DNA from: a bacterium
Lineage (GTDB): Bacteria; SAR324; JACQKK01
Reading direction: 5' to 3'
Length of the DNA: 64,000 nucleotides
Assembly: GCA_965240465.1 (NCBI GenBank)
Contig: OZ251219.1
Location: 288,001-352,000, forward strand
Shown: positions 20,527 to 30,684 of the stretch, piece after piece
How positions within the stretch are numbered: the stretch's first letter is position 1
Layout of the letters: every line of letters begins with the position of its first letter
Position numbers and translations under genes: made by a program
Notes under the pieces: model-generated
Told to the model about the DNA's origin: nothing
Seen by the model: only the letters and a program-made list of their open reading frames with translations
The model's database searches: none

Positions 20527-20759
20527 CAGTACGTTCCGTTAAAATGGCTGGCCTACGAATACTTGAACCATAAACGGCTCTTACATATCATACGCGAACC
20601 AAAAGCCTAATTTGTCCCTTACTTTATCATTTCACTAGTGGTGCATTTATGCCAACTCATAATATCGGCATCAGTACAATTTACTTTTAAGCATGGTAGA
20701 AGGTAAATGATGTATCTAGCATAATCCTGTCTTTCCCCATTTGATAGAATACTGCTTTT

Positions 20760-21626
20760 GTGAATCGCCTTTTGCTTCAATTTGCTGCTTGGCTGGAGCT
20801 GAGCGGTTATTCCCCCAATAGTCTGCAAAGCTATCGCTTGGATGTAAAGCGTTTTATCGCTTGGATGGCAAACACCAAAAAAATCAATCCGCCAGACTTG
20901 AAACTACTCACCCATGCCGATCTGCATAACTATCTTATGACGCTGTCTCAAATGCTAAAACCGCGTTCAGTGAATCGTCATTTATCTTCTTTGCGATTGT
21001 TTTTTCACTTTCTCCAGCAGCACGGACTAATCAGCGATGATCCTTCCCTCCGCCTGCAGATACCTGCCCTACCTCCCATGCCTGCCCCACCATTGCCAGA
21101 AGAACAACTCAACCTACTCCTGACCGCCTCTAACCCCGATACCCCCCAAGGCTTGCGCGATGCCGTTATGCTGGAACTGTTGTATCACTATGGCTTGAAA
21201 CTAAACGAATTGACCTCCATCAACACCGCCGATCTGCTACTTAAGACCAGTGCCCTACAAATTAGAGGCCGTAGAGCTCGTACGCTAGTGCTTTCCGAAC
21301 AAAGCTGTAAGCTGCTAACACTCTACCTTAGAACCGCACACCCTAAAATGATCAAAAATCGCCCCGCACCCTGGCTATTTCCTTCTCGCAGTGGCAAAAG
21401 ATTAGACCGCATCGGAGTTTGGAGGCTCATCAATCGCCGAGCCGCCAGAGTGGGACTTACTCAACATTTCACGCCCCGTAGCTTAAGACATGCACTCGCC
21501 ATCCAACTATTGAAAAATGGACGAGAACTAAAATCCGTCAAAAAATTACTCGGCTACCAAAGAAATGAGGGCATGGCAATATACGCCCATATCACTCCCA
21601 AAAATTCCCCCTCTGCCGACCGATAA
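20760..21626 (+). CDS. XerC/XerD-like tyrosine recombinase fold protein with degenerate catalytic residues
   Basis: N-terminal core-binding domain (SPNSLQSYRLDV, SVNRHLSSLRLFF); GLRDAVMLELLY, WLFPS, LRHALA, LLGY...IYAH. Confidence 0.85.
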   Translation: MNRLLLQFAAWLELSGYSPNSLQSYRLDVKRFIAWMANTKKINPPDLKLLTHADLHNYLMTLSQMLKPRSVNRHLSSLRLFFHFLQQHGLISDDPSLRLQIPALPPMPAPPLPEEQLNLLLTASNPDTPQGLRDAVMLELLYHYGLKLNELTSINTADLLLKTSALQIRGRRARTLVLSEQSCKLLTLYLRTAHPKMIKNRPAPWLFPSRSGKRLDRIGVWRLINRRAARVGLTQHFTPRSLRHALAIQLLKNGRELKSVKKLLGYQRNEGMAIYAHITPKNSPSADR

Positions 21627-21658
21627 CCTATCTCACGCTACTCAAATACGTCGCTATA

Positions 21659-22393
21659 ATGCCAGTGTCAAGTACTCAAACCCTAAAAAATATGCTCCCT
21701 CCGCATTGGCAAAAACCTCTGCCTTCTAAACGACCATTTGTTACCCTCAAAGTCGCCATTACCCTAGACGGTAAACTTGCTGCTGCTAATCATCACTCCC
21801 AATGGATCACCAGCCCCCCTGCCCGTGAACATGCTCACCAACTGCGAGCTGAGCATCAAGCCATCTTGGTAGGACACAAAACAGTGCTCCATGATGACCC
21901 CCTACTAACCGTCCGACTCAAACCACCGCCTCGCTCACAGCCCATCCGCATTATCTTAGATTCCAAAGCCCAACTAGCTCAACAATCCCCGCGATGCCTA
22001 GCTAATCCCATACCCTCTGAATCGCCTATCATGGCAGTAGGTAACCACGCTCCCCAAAAAAACATCCGCTCACTACTACAAAAAGGAATCCGAGTCTGGC
22101 AAGACACTCAACACATCCAGCCTTCCATACCTCATCTGCTTAAATGGCTAAAACAACTATCCATTAACTCCCTGCTCGTAGAAGGAGGCTCCCAAACCTA
22201 CACTAGCCTAATCCAAACCCAAACAGCCGATGCCCTCGCCCTTTACCTCGCTCCACGCCTGATGGGACAATCACAAGCCCTAAACTGGTGCCAAGACCTC
22301 GGACTGATAGGACTTACAGACCTACCACAACTGAAAATACTCACCTCACAACCATTAGGCAAAGATCTCTTCCTGCTCGCCCGCTTTCTGTGA
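21659..22393 (+). CDS. ribD: RibD C-terminal reductase domain only
   Basis: PFVTLKVAITLDGK, SQWIT, AILVG..TVLHDDPLLTVR, LLVEGG; no HAE/PC..C deaminase domain. Confidence 0.85.
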   Translation: MPVSSTQTLKNMLPPHWQKPLPSKRPFVTLKVAITLDGKLAAANHHSQWITSPPAREHAHQLRAEHQAILVGHKTVLHDDPLLTVRLKPPPRSQPIRIILDSKAQLAQQSPRCLANPIPSESPIMAVGNHAPQKNIRSLLQKGIRVWQDTQHIQPSIPHLLKWLKQLSINSLLVEGGSQTYTSLIQTQTADALALYLAPRLMGQSQALNWCQDLGLIGLTDLPQLKILTSQPLGKDLFLLARFL

Positions 22394-22412
22394 ACCACCA
22401 CCACCCAAAAAC

Positions 22413-22440
22413 TTGACACGGAGTTAAATCGTGGTACCAT
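22413..22440 (+). promoter_or_regulatory. Putative sigma70 promoter for array genes 1-4
   Basis: TTGACA-16 bp-TACCAT with TG extended -10. Confidence 0.6.
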
Positions 22441-22530
22441 ATCGGGGCTGGAGTGCTTGATCGGGCTGAGCAATACTTTTTAGCCAGCATCTTGCCACGT
22501 TAAATTCACCTCGGTTGAACTGGAGAACTT

Positions 22531-25305
22531 TTGACGAAAAAATTATCACTGCTTTCGGCTTGTATTTTCGCTCTATTTTTAGCTAGCTGCGGGGGGAGCA
22601 GCGGAGGCGGCGGGGGGCCTGCTGATGCCGATTCCGATGGCGTCCCCGACAGCAAGGATCTGTGCAAAAATAGCCTTGATGAAAACTTCATCAGCAGTAG
22701 CACCACCGACCATGATGGCGACGGTTGCAAAGATAAAGATCCTTATGGAGAAGACCAAGATGGTGGTAATGGTAAAGACAAAGATAATGATGGCAAGGTA
22801 GGTGATGATGATAAATGTCCGCAGGGTGACACTAATTGGACGAGCAATGGTGACACCGACTACGACAGCGATGGTTGTCGGGATGACAGCCCTGAAGACA
22901 CTGATGACGACAATGACGAGGTAGACGATTTTAATGCAGACGGCAGCGAGCTAGACAAATGCCGAAAAGGCAATTTCTTCATCAGCGACGACACCACCGA
23001 CTACGATTCCGATGGTTGCCAAGATGACAGCCCTGAAGACACCGATGACGACAATGACGAGGTCAACGATTTTAATGCAGAGGGCGAGGAGCTAGACAAA
23101 TGCCGAAAAAGTCTTGATAAAGACTTCATCAGCGACGACACCACCGACTACGATTCCGATGGTTGTCGGGATGCTGGCGAGGACACCGATGACGATAATG
23201 ACGAGGTCAACGATGTTGATGCAGACGGCAGCGAGCTAGACAAATGCCGAAAAAGTCTTGATAAAGACTTCATCAGCAACACCACCACCGACTATGATTC
23301 CGATGGTTGTCGGGATGCTGGCGAGGATACCGATGACGACAATGACGGGGTAGACGATGTTGATGCAGTCGGTAGCGATCTAGACGAATGCCGAAAAGGC
23401 AATTTCTTCACCAGCGACGACACCACCGACCACGATTCCGATGGTTGCCAAGATGACAGCCCTGAAGACACTGATGACGATAATGATGGCAAAGATGATG
23501 ATAGTGATAGCTGTGCCAAAGGTAACATAGGTTGGAGCAGAACCACTGACGCCACCACTGGCACTGACAAAGATGATGATGGTTGTCAGGATGCTACTAG
23601 CGAGGACCGAGATGGTGGTGATGGCACTGATGACGACAATGATGGCAAAGCTGATGTTGATGATAGCTGTCCCGAAGGTGACACAAATTGGCTCAGCACC
23701 ACTGACGCCACCACTGGCACTGACAAAGATGATGATGGTTGTCAGGATGCTACTAGCGAGGACCAAGATGGTGGTGATGGCACTGATGAAGATAATGATG
23801 GTATTTCTGGCACTGACGCCAATAGCATTGAGCTTGATAAGTGCGAGAACGGCGACAAAGGCTGGACGAGCAATGACCAAACCGACTACGATTCCGATGG
23901 TTGTCGGGATGCTGGCGAGGATACCGATGACGACGATGACACCATCCTAGACGTCACTGACGTGGATGACGACAACAACGGTCTAATAGAAATTGCCACT
24001 GCTGAGGAGCTAATCAACATCCGCCACGATATGGACGGCACTCACTATAATGATGGCAGTAATTCATCTGATGCGGGCTGTCCTACTACTAATCCCGTAG
24101 GTTGCAAGGGCTATGAACTACTCGGGGACATTGATTTAGTAGCCCCAGTTAGCCCTGATACTAAAAACTGGGATCCCGTTGGTAACTATAGCTATCCTTT
24201 TACCGCTACCTTAGAAGGCAATGGTTTCACCATCAGAAACCTAACCATTAGCAATGGCTCCAACTACACGGGCTTTTTTGGGGCCCTGGGGGGGACAGTC
24301 CAAAACTTGTCCTTTGTAGGAGGTTCAGTTACCAGTACGTACGTGGGTACCAGGCATTATACAGGGGTTCTGGCAGGTTATAATTATGGAACAATATCGG
24401 GTGTTGCTGCGGGGCTCTTGGTATCTGTCAACCCAGGTTCCTATGGCGATGTGGGCGGCTTGGTAGGTTATAATGATGCACATCATAGTAATAGTGGTGC
24501 AGTCCTCATCCGAAATAGCTCTGCCACTGGCAATGTTAATGGCGGTGGTGGTGGTGACTATGTAGGTGGTTTGGTAGGTTATAATAGGACTGGCACCATT
24601 CAAAATAGCTCTGCCACTGGCAAGGTGAGTGGCGGTGATGGTACTGACAGTGTAGGTGGCTTGGTAGGTTATAATAGGACTGGCACCATTCAAAATAGCT
24701 CTGCCACTGGCAAGACCGATGGCGGTGCTGATAGTAAGGATAAGGTAGGTGGCTTGGTAGGTTATAATAATACTGGCACCATTCAAAACAGCTATGCCAC
24801 TGGCAAGGCTACTGGCGGTGCTGGTGGTAGTGATAGGGTAGGTGGCTTGGTAGGATATTATGTTTCTGGAACCATCGGTAACAGTTATTCCCTAAGTGCT
24901 GTTGATGGAGGGGATGGTAATATTAATACTGTGGGTCGCTTGGTTGGCCGTAGAGATGGTGGTAGTATTGTGAACAGCTATTATGATAAAAATAGTACTG
25001 CTACAGGCGGTACTCTATTAGTCTTGGGGATAGGCAAAACCAAAGCCCAGCTGAAAGCCATCAATCTGGATCCCCCCGATAATCTGGCTGCTTGTGAAGC
25101 AGCTGGGGGAACTTGGGATGGTACTGCATCATCATGTACTTCTGGTAATCTAGCTGGCTGGAACGCTTTCAACTGGGAATTCCAAGCTGGCTTCTATCCC
25201 ACCCTCAAGTCCTACAAGGTGGATTCCAGCAATGCCCAAATCGCAGGCACTCTACTCTGCGGGCAATTACCCGAAGCTGACTTCGTTCAGTGTCCCACGC
25301 CTTAG
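22531..25305 (+). CDS. Array lipoprotein 1: TSP3-like Asp-rich repeats + GLUG repeats
   Basis: TTG start after GGAG; lipobox FLASC; DxDxDGC repeats; DDDNNGLIEI..GYEL cap; VGGLVG repeats; LLCGQLPEADFVQC end. Confidence 0.9.
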   Translation: MTKKLSLLSACIFALFLASCGGSSGGGGGPADADSDGVPDSKDLCKNSLDENFISSSTTDHDGDGCKDKDPYGEDQDGGNGKDKDNDGKVGDDDKCPQGDTNWTSNGDTDYDSDGCRDDSPEDTDDDNDEVDDFNADGSELDKCRKGNFFISDDTTDYDSDGCQDDSPEDTDDDNDEVNDFNAEGEELDKCRKSLDKDFISDDTTDYDSDGCRDAGEDTDDDNDEVNDVDADGSELDKCRKSLDKDFISNTTTDYDSDGCRDAGEDTDDDNDGVDDVDAVGSDLDECRKGNFFTSDDTTDHDSDGCQDDSPEDTDDDNDGKDDDSDSCAKGNIGWSRTTDATTGTDKDDDGCQDATSEDRDGGDGTDDDNDGKADVDDSCPEGDTNWLSTTDATTGTDKDDDGCQDATSEDQDGGDGTDEDNDGISGTDANSIELDKCENGDKGWTSNDQTDYDSDGCRDAGEDTDDDDDTILDVTDVDDDNNGLIEIATAEELINIRHDMDGTHYNDGSNSSDAGCPTTNPVGCKGYELLGDIDLVAPVSPDTKNWDPVGNYSYPFTATLEGNGFTIRNLTISNGSNYTGFFGALGGTVQNLSFVGGSVTSTYVGTRHYTGVLAGYNYGTISGVAAGLLVSVNPGSYGDVGGLVGYNDAHHSNSGAVLIRNSSATGNVNGGGGGDYVGGLVGYNRTGTIQNSSATGKVSGGDGTDSVGGLVGYNRTGTIQNSSATGKTDGGADSKDKVGGLVGYNNTGTIQNSYATGKATGGAGGSDRVGGLVGYYVSGTIGNSYSLSAVDGGDGNINTVGRLVGRRDGGSIVNSYYDKNSTATGGTLLVLGIGKTKAQLKAINLDPPDNLAACEAAGGTWDGTASSCTSGNLAGWNAFNWEFQAGFYPTLKSYKVDSSNAQIAGTLLCGQLPEADFVQCPTP

Positions 25306-25390
25306 GATGAACTTTACCTCTTGACTTCTTGCCTCCTCGGGTGCTACGGTAGGGGCTGGCACTTTCACGCGTTCTGACATAGGACTTTCC

Positions 25391-27481
25391 ATGAAAAAAT
25401 TATCACTACTTTCGGCTTGTATTTTCGCTCTATTTCTAGCTAGCTGCGGGGGGAGCGGTGGGGGTGGAGGAGGAGGGGGGGGGTCTGCTGATGCCGATTC
25501 CGATGGCGTCCCCGACAGCAAGGATCTGTGCGAAAATAGCCTTGACGAGAACTTCATCAGCGACGACACCACCGACGCCGACAAGGACGGTTGCGAGGAC
25601 AGCACCGAAGACCAAGATGGTGGTGATGGCAGTGACGAAGATAATGATGGCATTTCTGGCACTGACATCAATAGTGCTGAGCTTGATAAGTGCGAGAACG
25701 GCGACAAAGGCTGGACGAGCGGAAGAGACACCGACTACGATTCCGATGGCTGCCAAGATGACAGCACTGAAGACACCGATGACGACAATGATGGCGTGCT
25801 TGATGTCAATGATAACTGTTCCAAAGGTAACACAGGTTGGCTCAGCACCACTGACGCCACCACTGGCACTGACAAAGATAATGATGGTTGCCGAGATGAA
25901 GGGGGCGAGGACCAAGATGGTGGTGATGGCACTGATGAAGATAATGATGGTATTTCTGGCACTGACGCCAATAGCATTGAGCTTGATAAGTGCGAAGACG
26001 GCGACAAAGGCTGGACAAGCAATGACCAAACCGACAACGACAGCGATGGTTGTCGGGATGCTGGCGAGGATCCCGATGACGACAATGACACCATCCTAGA
26101 CGTCACTGACGTGGATGACGACAACAACGGTCTAATAGAAATTGCCACTGCTGAGGAGCTAATCAACATCCGCCACGATCTGGACGGCACTCACTATAAT
26201 GATGGCAGTAATTCATCTGATGTGGGCTGTCCTACTACTAATCCCGTAGGTTGCAATGGCTATGAACTAACTCAGGACATCAGATTAGCAGATCTAACTG
26301 GCTCTGACACTAAAAACTGGGATCCCGTTGCGGGGGATTTTACCGCTACCTTAGAAGGCAATGATTATACCATCAGAAACCTAGTCATTGCCACCGACGA
26401 TACCACCCAATACACGGGCTTTTTTAGGACTTTGGGTGCGAATAGCATAGTCAAAAACTTGTCCTTTGTAGAAGGTTCAGTTACCAGTACGAGCGTGAAT
26501 AGCCTCAGCAGGATAGGGGTTCTGGTAGGCAGAAATGATGGAACAATATCGGGTGTTTCTACGGGGATCTCGGTTGTTGCCGGCTCAGCTCCCTCTAACT
26601 ATGTAGGTGGCTTGGTAGGTTGGAATACTAGCACCATCGGTAATAGCTCTGCCACTGGCGATATTACTGGCGGGGGTGGTGATGACAGGGTAGGTGGCTT
26701 GGTGGGTATTAGTGATAGTAGTGCCATTATTCAAAATGGCTATGCCACTGGCAAGGTGAATGGCGGTGCTGGTAATGACTATGTAGGTAGCTTGGTGGGT
26801 ATTAGTGATAGTAGTGCCATTATTCAAAATGGCTATGCCACTGGCAAGACCGATGGCGGTGCTGGTAATGACTATGTAGGTGGCTTGGTGGGTTGGAATG
26901 CTGGCACCATCGGAAATAGCTATGCCACTGGCAAGGTGAGTGGCGGTGCTGGTGATGACTATGTAGGTGGCTTGGTGGGATATGCTTATAATAGGTTTTC
27001 TTCTGTAACCATTCAGAACAGTTATTCCTTAGGCGATGTGGATGGGGGCGAGGGAGACGATGGAGTGGGACGCTTGCTTGGCGCAAAAGGTATGTGGACT
27101 AATAATGCAATTACAATTACCAGCAACTATTACAATAGTAGTAGTAACCTAAACTTCGTTACTGGCGAGGATACCGAACTAACCCTTCCAGATACCGAGG
27201 CGGTTGGCAAAACCAGCGACCAGCTGAAAGCCATCAATCTGGATCCCCCCGATAATCAGGCTGCTTGCGAAGCAGCTGGCGGAACTTGGGATGGCACTGC
27301 ATCATCATGTACTTCTGGTAATCTAGCTGGCTGGAACGCTTTCAACTGGGAATTCCAAACTGGCTTCTATCCCACCCTCAAGTCCTACAAGGTGGATTCC
27401 AGCGATGCCCAAATCGCAGGCACTCTACTCTGTGGGCAATTACCCGAAGCTGACTTCGTTCAGTGTACTCCTACGCCTTAG
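25391..27481 (+). CDS. Array lipoprotein 2
   Basis: Same architecture; AGGA RBS; FLASC. Confidence 0.9.
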   Translation: MKKLSLLSACIFALFLASCGGSGGGGGGGGGSADADSDGVPDSKDLCENSLDENFISDDTTDADKDGCEDSTEDQDGGDGSDEDNDGISGTDINSAELDKCENGDKGWTSGRDTDYDSDGCQDDSTEDTDDDNDGVLDVNDNCSKGNTGWLSTTDATTGTDKDNDGCRDEGGEDQDGGDGTDEDNDGISGTDANSIELDKCEDGDKGWTSNDQTDNDSDGCRDAGEDPDDDNDTILDVTDVDDDNNGLIEIATAEELINIRHDLDGTHYNDGSNSSDVGCPTTNPVGCNGYELTQDIRLADLTGSDTKNWDPVAGDFTATLEGNDYTIRNLVIATDDTTQYTGFFRTLGANSIVKNLSFVEGSVTSTSVNSLSRIGVLVGRNDGTISGVSTGISVVAGSAPSNYVGGLVGWNTSTIGNSSATGDITGGGGDDRVGGLVGISDSSAIIQNGYATGKVNGGAGNDYVGSLVGISDSSAIIQNGYATGKTDGGAGNDYVGGLVGWNAGTIGNSYATGKVSGGAGDDYVGGLVGYAYNRFSSVTIQNSYSLGDVDGGEGDDGVGRLLGAKGMWTNNAITITSNYYNSSSNLNFVTGEDTELTLPDTEAVGKTSDQLKAINLDPPDNQAACEAAGGTWDGTASSCTSGNLAGWNAFNWEFQTGFYPTLKSYKVDSSDAQIAGTLLCGQLPEADFVQCTPTP

Positions 27482-27566
27482 GATGTACTTTACCTCTTGA
27501 TTTCTTGCCTCTTCGGGTGCTACCTTGGAGGCTGGCACTTTCAGGCATTCTGACATAGGACTTTCC

Positions 27567-30500
27567 GTGCAAAAATTATCACTACTTTCGGCTTGTATTT
27601 TCGCTCTATTTCTAGCTAGCTGCGGGGGGAGTAGCGGAGGAGGAGGGAGGCCTGCTGATGCCGATTCCGATGGCGTCCCCGACAGCAAGGATCTGTGTGA
27701 AAATAGCCTTAACGAGAACTTCATCAGCAGTAGCATCACCGACGACGACAAGGACGGTTGCGAGGACAGCACCGAAGACCAAGATGGTGGTAATGGTAAA
27801 GACAAAGATAATGATGGCAAGGTAGGTGATGATGATAAATGTCCGCAGGGTGACACTAATTGGACGAGCGATGGTGACACCGACTACGACAGCGATGGTT
27901 GTCGGGATGAGGGGGGCGAGGACCGAGATGATGGTGATGGCACTGATGACGACAATGATGGCAAAGCTGATGCTGATGATAGCTGTCCCGAAGGTAACAC
28001 AAATTGGCTCAGCACCACTGACGCCACCACTGGCACTGACAAAGATGATGATGGTTGTCGGGATGCTAGCGAGGACCAAGATGGTGGTGATGGCACTGAT
28101 GAAGATAATGATGGTATTTCTGGCACTGACATCAATAGTGCTGAGCTTGATAAGTGCGAGAACGGCGACAAAGGCTGGACGAGCGGAAGCGACACCGACT
28201 ACGACAGCGATGGTTGTCGGGATGACAGCCCTGAAGACACTGATGACGACAATGACGAGGTCAACGATTTTAATGCAGACGGCAGCGAGCTAGACAAATG
28301 CCAAAAAAGTCTTGATAAAGACTTCATCAGCGATGACACCACCGACTACGATTCCGATGGCTGCAAAGATGACAGCCCTGAAGACACCGATGACGACAAT
28401 GACGAGGTAGACGATTTTAATGCAGACGGCAGCGAGCTAGACAAATGCCGAAAAAGTCTTGATAAAGACTTCATCAGCAGCACCACCACCGACTACGATT
28501 CCGATGGTTGCCAAGATGACAGCCCTGAAGACACTGATGACGACAATGACGGGGTAGACGATGTTGATGCAGTCGGTAGCGATCTAGACGAATGCCGAAA
28601 AGGCAATTTCTTCACCAGCGACGACACCACCGACTACGATTCCGATGGTTGCCAAGATGACAGCACTGAAGACACTGATGACGATAATGATGGCAAAGAT
28701 GATGATAGTGATAGCTGTGCCAAAGGTAACATAGGTTGGAGCAGAACCACTGACGCCACCACTGGCACTGACAAAGATGATGATGGTTGTCAGGATGCTG
28801 GCGAGGACCGAGATGGTGGTGATGGCACTGATGACGACAATGATGGCAAAGCTGATGTTGAGGATAACTGTCCCGAAGGTGACACAGGTTGGCTCAGCAC
28901 CACTGACGCCACCACTGGCACTGACAAAGATGATGATGGTTGTCAGGATGCTGGCGAGGATACCGATGGTGGTGATGGCACTGATGAAGATAATGATGGT
29001 ATTTCTGGCACTGACGCCAATAGCATTGAGCTTGATAAGTGCGAAGACGGCGACAAAGGCTGGACGAGCAATGACCAAACCGACAACGACAGCGATGGTT
29101 GTCGGGATGCTGGCGAGGATACCGATGACGACAATGACACCATCCTAGACGTCACTGACGTGGATGACGACAACAACGGTCTAATAGAAATTGCCACTGC
29201 TGAGGAGCTAATCAACATCCGCCACGATCTGGACGGCACTCACTATAATGATGGCAGTAATTCATCTGATGTGGGCTGTCCTACTACTAATCCTGTAGGT
29301 TGCAATGGCTATGAACTGCTCGGGGACATTGATTTAGTAGCCCCAGTTAGCCCTGATACTAAAAACTGGGATCCCGTTGCGGGGGATTTTACCGCTACCT
29401 TAGAAGGCAATGGTTTCACCATCAGTAACCTAACCATTAGCAATAACTCCACGCACACGGGCTTTCTTGCGGTCTTGCGGGGGACAGTCCAAAACTTGTC
29501 CTTTGTAGGAGGTTCAGTTACCAGTACGCGCTGGGACTCTGGTGAGAACTTTATAGGGGTTCTGGCAGGTTATAATCATGGAACAATATCGGGTGTTTCT
29601 GCAGGGGTTTCGGTTTTTGCCAATAATGGTAATTATGACAATGTGGGTGGCTTGGTAGGTTGGAATGCTGGCATCATTCAAAATGGCTCTGCCACTGGCA
29701 ATGTTAATGGCGGTGGTGGTATTGACTTTGTAGGTGGCTTGGTAGGTTGGAATGCTGGCACCATCGGAAATAGCTATGCCACTGGCAAGACCGATGGCGG
29801 TGCTGGTAATAATGGCCAGGTAGGTGGCTTGGTAGGTTGGAATGATGGCACCATTCAAAATAGCTATGCCACTGGCAAGGTTATTGGCGGTGCTGGTAAT
29901 GACCAGGTAGGTGGCTTGGTAGGTTATAATAGGTCTGGCACCATCGGAAATAGCTATGCCACTGGCAAGACCGATGGCGGTGCTGGTAATGACAGAGTAG
30001 GTGGCTTGGTGGGTACTGCTGCTGTCAGCATTCAAAGTAGCTATGCCACTGGCAAGGTTATTGGCGGTGCTGGTAATGACCAGGTAGGTGGTTTGGTGGG
30101 ATATGTTTATAATAGAATTTCTTCTGTAACCATTCAGAACAGTTATTCCTTAGGCGATGTGGATGGGGGCGAGGGAGCCGATGAGGTGGGACGCTTGCTG
30201 GGCAAAAAAGGTACTGGGCCTAAGGCAATTACAATTACCAGCAACTATTATGATAGTGGGAGTGCCCTAAATTTCGTTGCTAGCGACGATACCGAACAAA
30301 CCCTTACAGATTCCGAAGCTCTTGGCAAAACCAAAGCTCAGCTGAAAGCCATCAATCTGGATCCCCCCGATAATCAGGCTGCTTGCGAAGCAGCTGGCGG
30401 AACTTGGGATGGCACTGCATCATCATGTACTTCTGGTAATCTAACTGGCTGGAACGCTTTCAACTGGGAATTCCAAGCTGGCTTCTACCCCACCCTCAAG

Positions 30501-30599
30501 TCCTACAAGGTGGATTCCAGCGATGCCCAAATCGCAGGCACTCTACTCTGCGGGCAATTACCCGAAGCTGACTTCGTTCAGTGTACTCCTACGCCTTAG
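27567..30599 (+). CDS. Array lipoprotein 3
   Basis: GTG start positioned like the paralog ATG after ATAGGACTTTCC; same architecture. Confidence 0.9.
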   Translation: MQKLSLLSACIFALFLASCGGSSGGGGRPADADSDGVPDSKDLCENSLNENFISSSITDDDKDGCEDSTEDQDGGNGKDKDNDGKVGDDDKCPQGDTNWTSDGDTDYDSDGCRDEGGEDRDDGDGTDDDNDGKADADDSCPEGNTNWLSTTDATTGTDKDDDGCRDASEDQDGGDGTDEDNDGISGTDINSAELDKCENGDKGWTSGSDTDYDSDGCRDDSPEDTDDDNDEVNDFNADGSELDKCQKSLDKDFISDDTTDYDSDGCKDDSPEDTDDDNDEVDDFNADGSELDKCRKSLDKDFISSTTTDYDSDGCQDDSPEDTDDDNDGVDDVDAVGSDLDECRKGNFFTSDDTTDYDSDGCQDDSTEDTDDDNDGKDDDSDSCAKGNIGWSRTTDATTGTDKDDDGCQDAGEDRDGGDGTDDDNDGKADVEDNCPEGDTGWLSTTDATTGTDKDDDGCQDAGEDTDGGDGTDEDNDGISGTDANSIELDKCEDGDKGWTSNDQTDNDSDGCRDAGEDTDDDNDTILDVTDVDDDNNGLIEIATAEELINIRHDLDGTHYNDGSNSSDVGCPTTNPVGCNGYELLGDIDLVAPVSPDTKNWDPVAGDFTATLEGNGFTISNLTISNNSTHTGFLAVLRGTVQNLSFVGGSVTSTRWDSGENFIGVLAGYNHGTISGVSAGVSVFANNGNYDNVGGLVGWNAGIIQNGSATGNVNGGGGIDFVGGLVGWNAGTIGNSYATGKTDGGAGNNGQVGGLVGWNDGTIQNSYATGKVIGGAGNDQVGGLVGYNRSGTIGNSYATGKTDGGAGNDRVGGLVGTAAVSIQSSYATGKVIGGAGNDQVGGLVGYVYNRISSVTIQNSYSLGDVDGGEGADEVGRLLGKKGTGPKAITITSNYYDSGSALNFVASDDTEQTLTDSEALGKTKAQLKAINLDPPDNQAACEAAGGTWDGTASSCTSGNLTGWNAFNWEFQAGFYPTLKSYKVDSSDAQIAGTLLCGQLPEADFVQCTPTP

Positions 30600-30684
30600 G
30601 ATGAACTTTACCTCTTGACTTATTGCCTCTTTGGGTGCTACCTTAGGGGCTGGCACTTTCAGGCATTCTGACATAGGACTTTCC

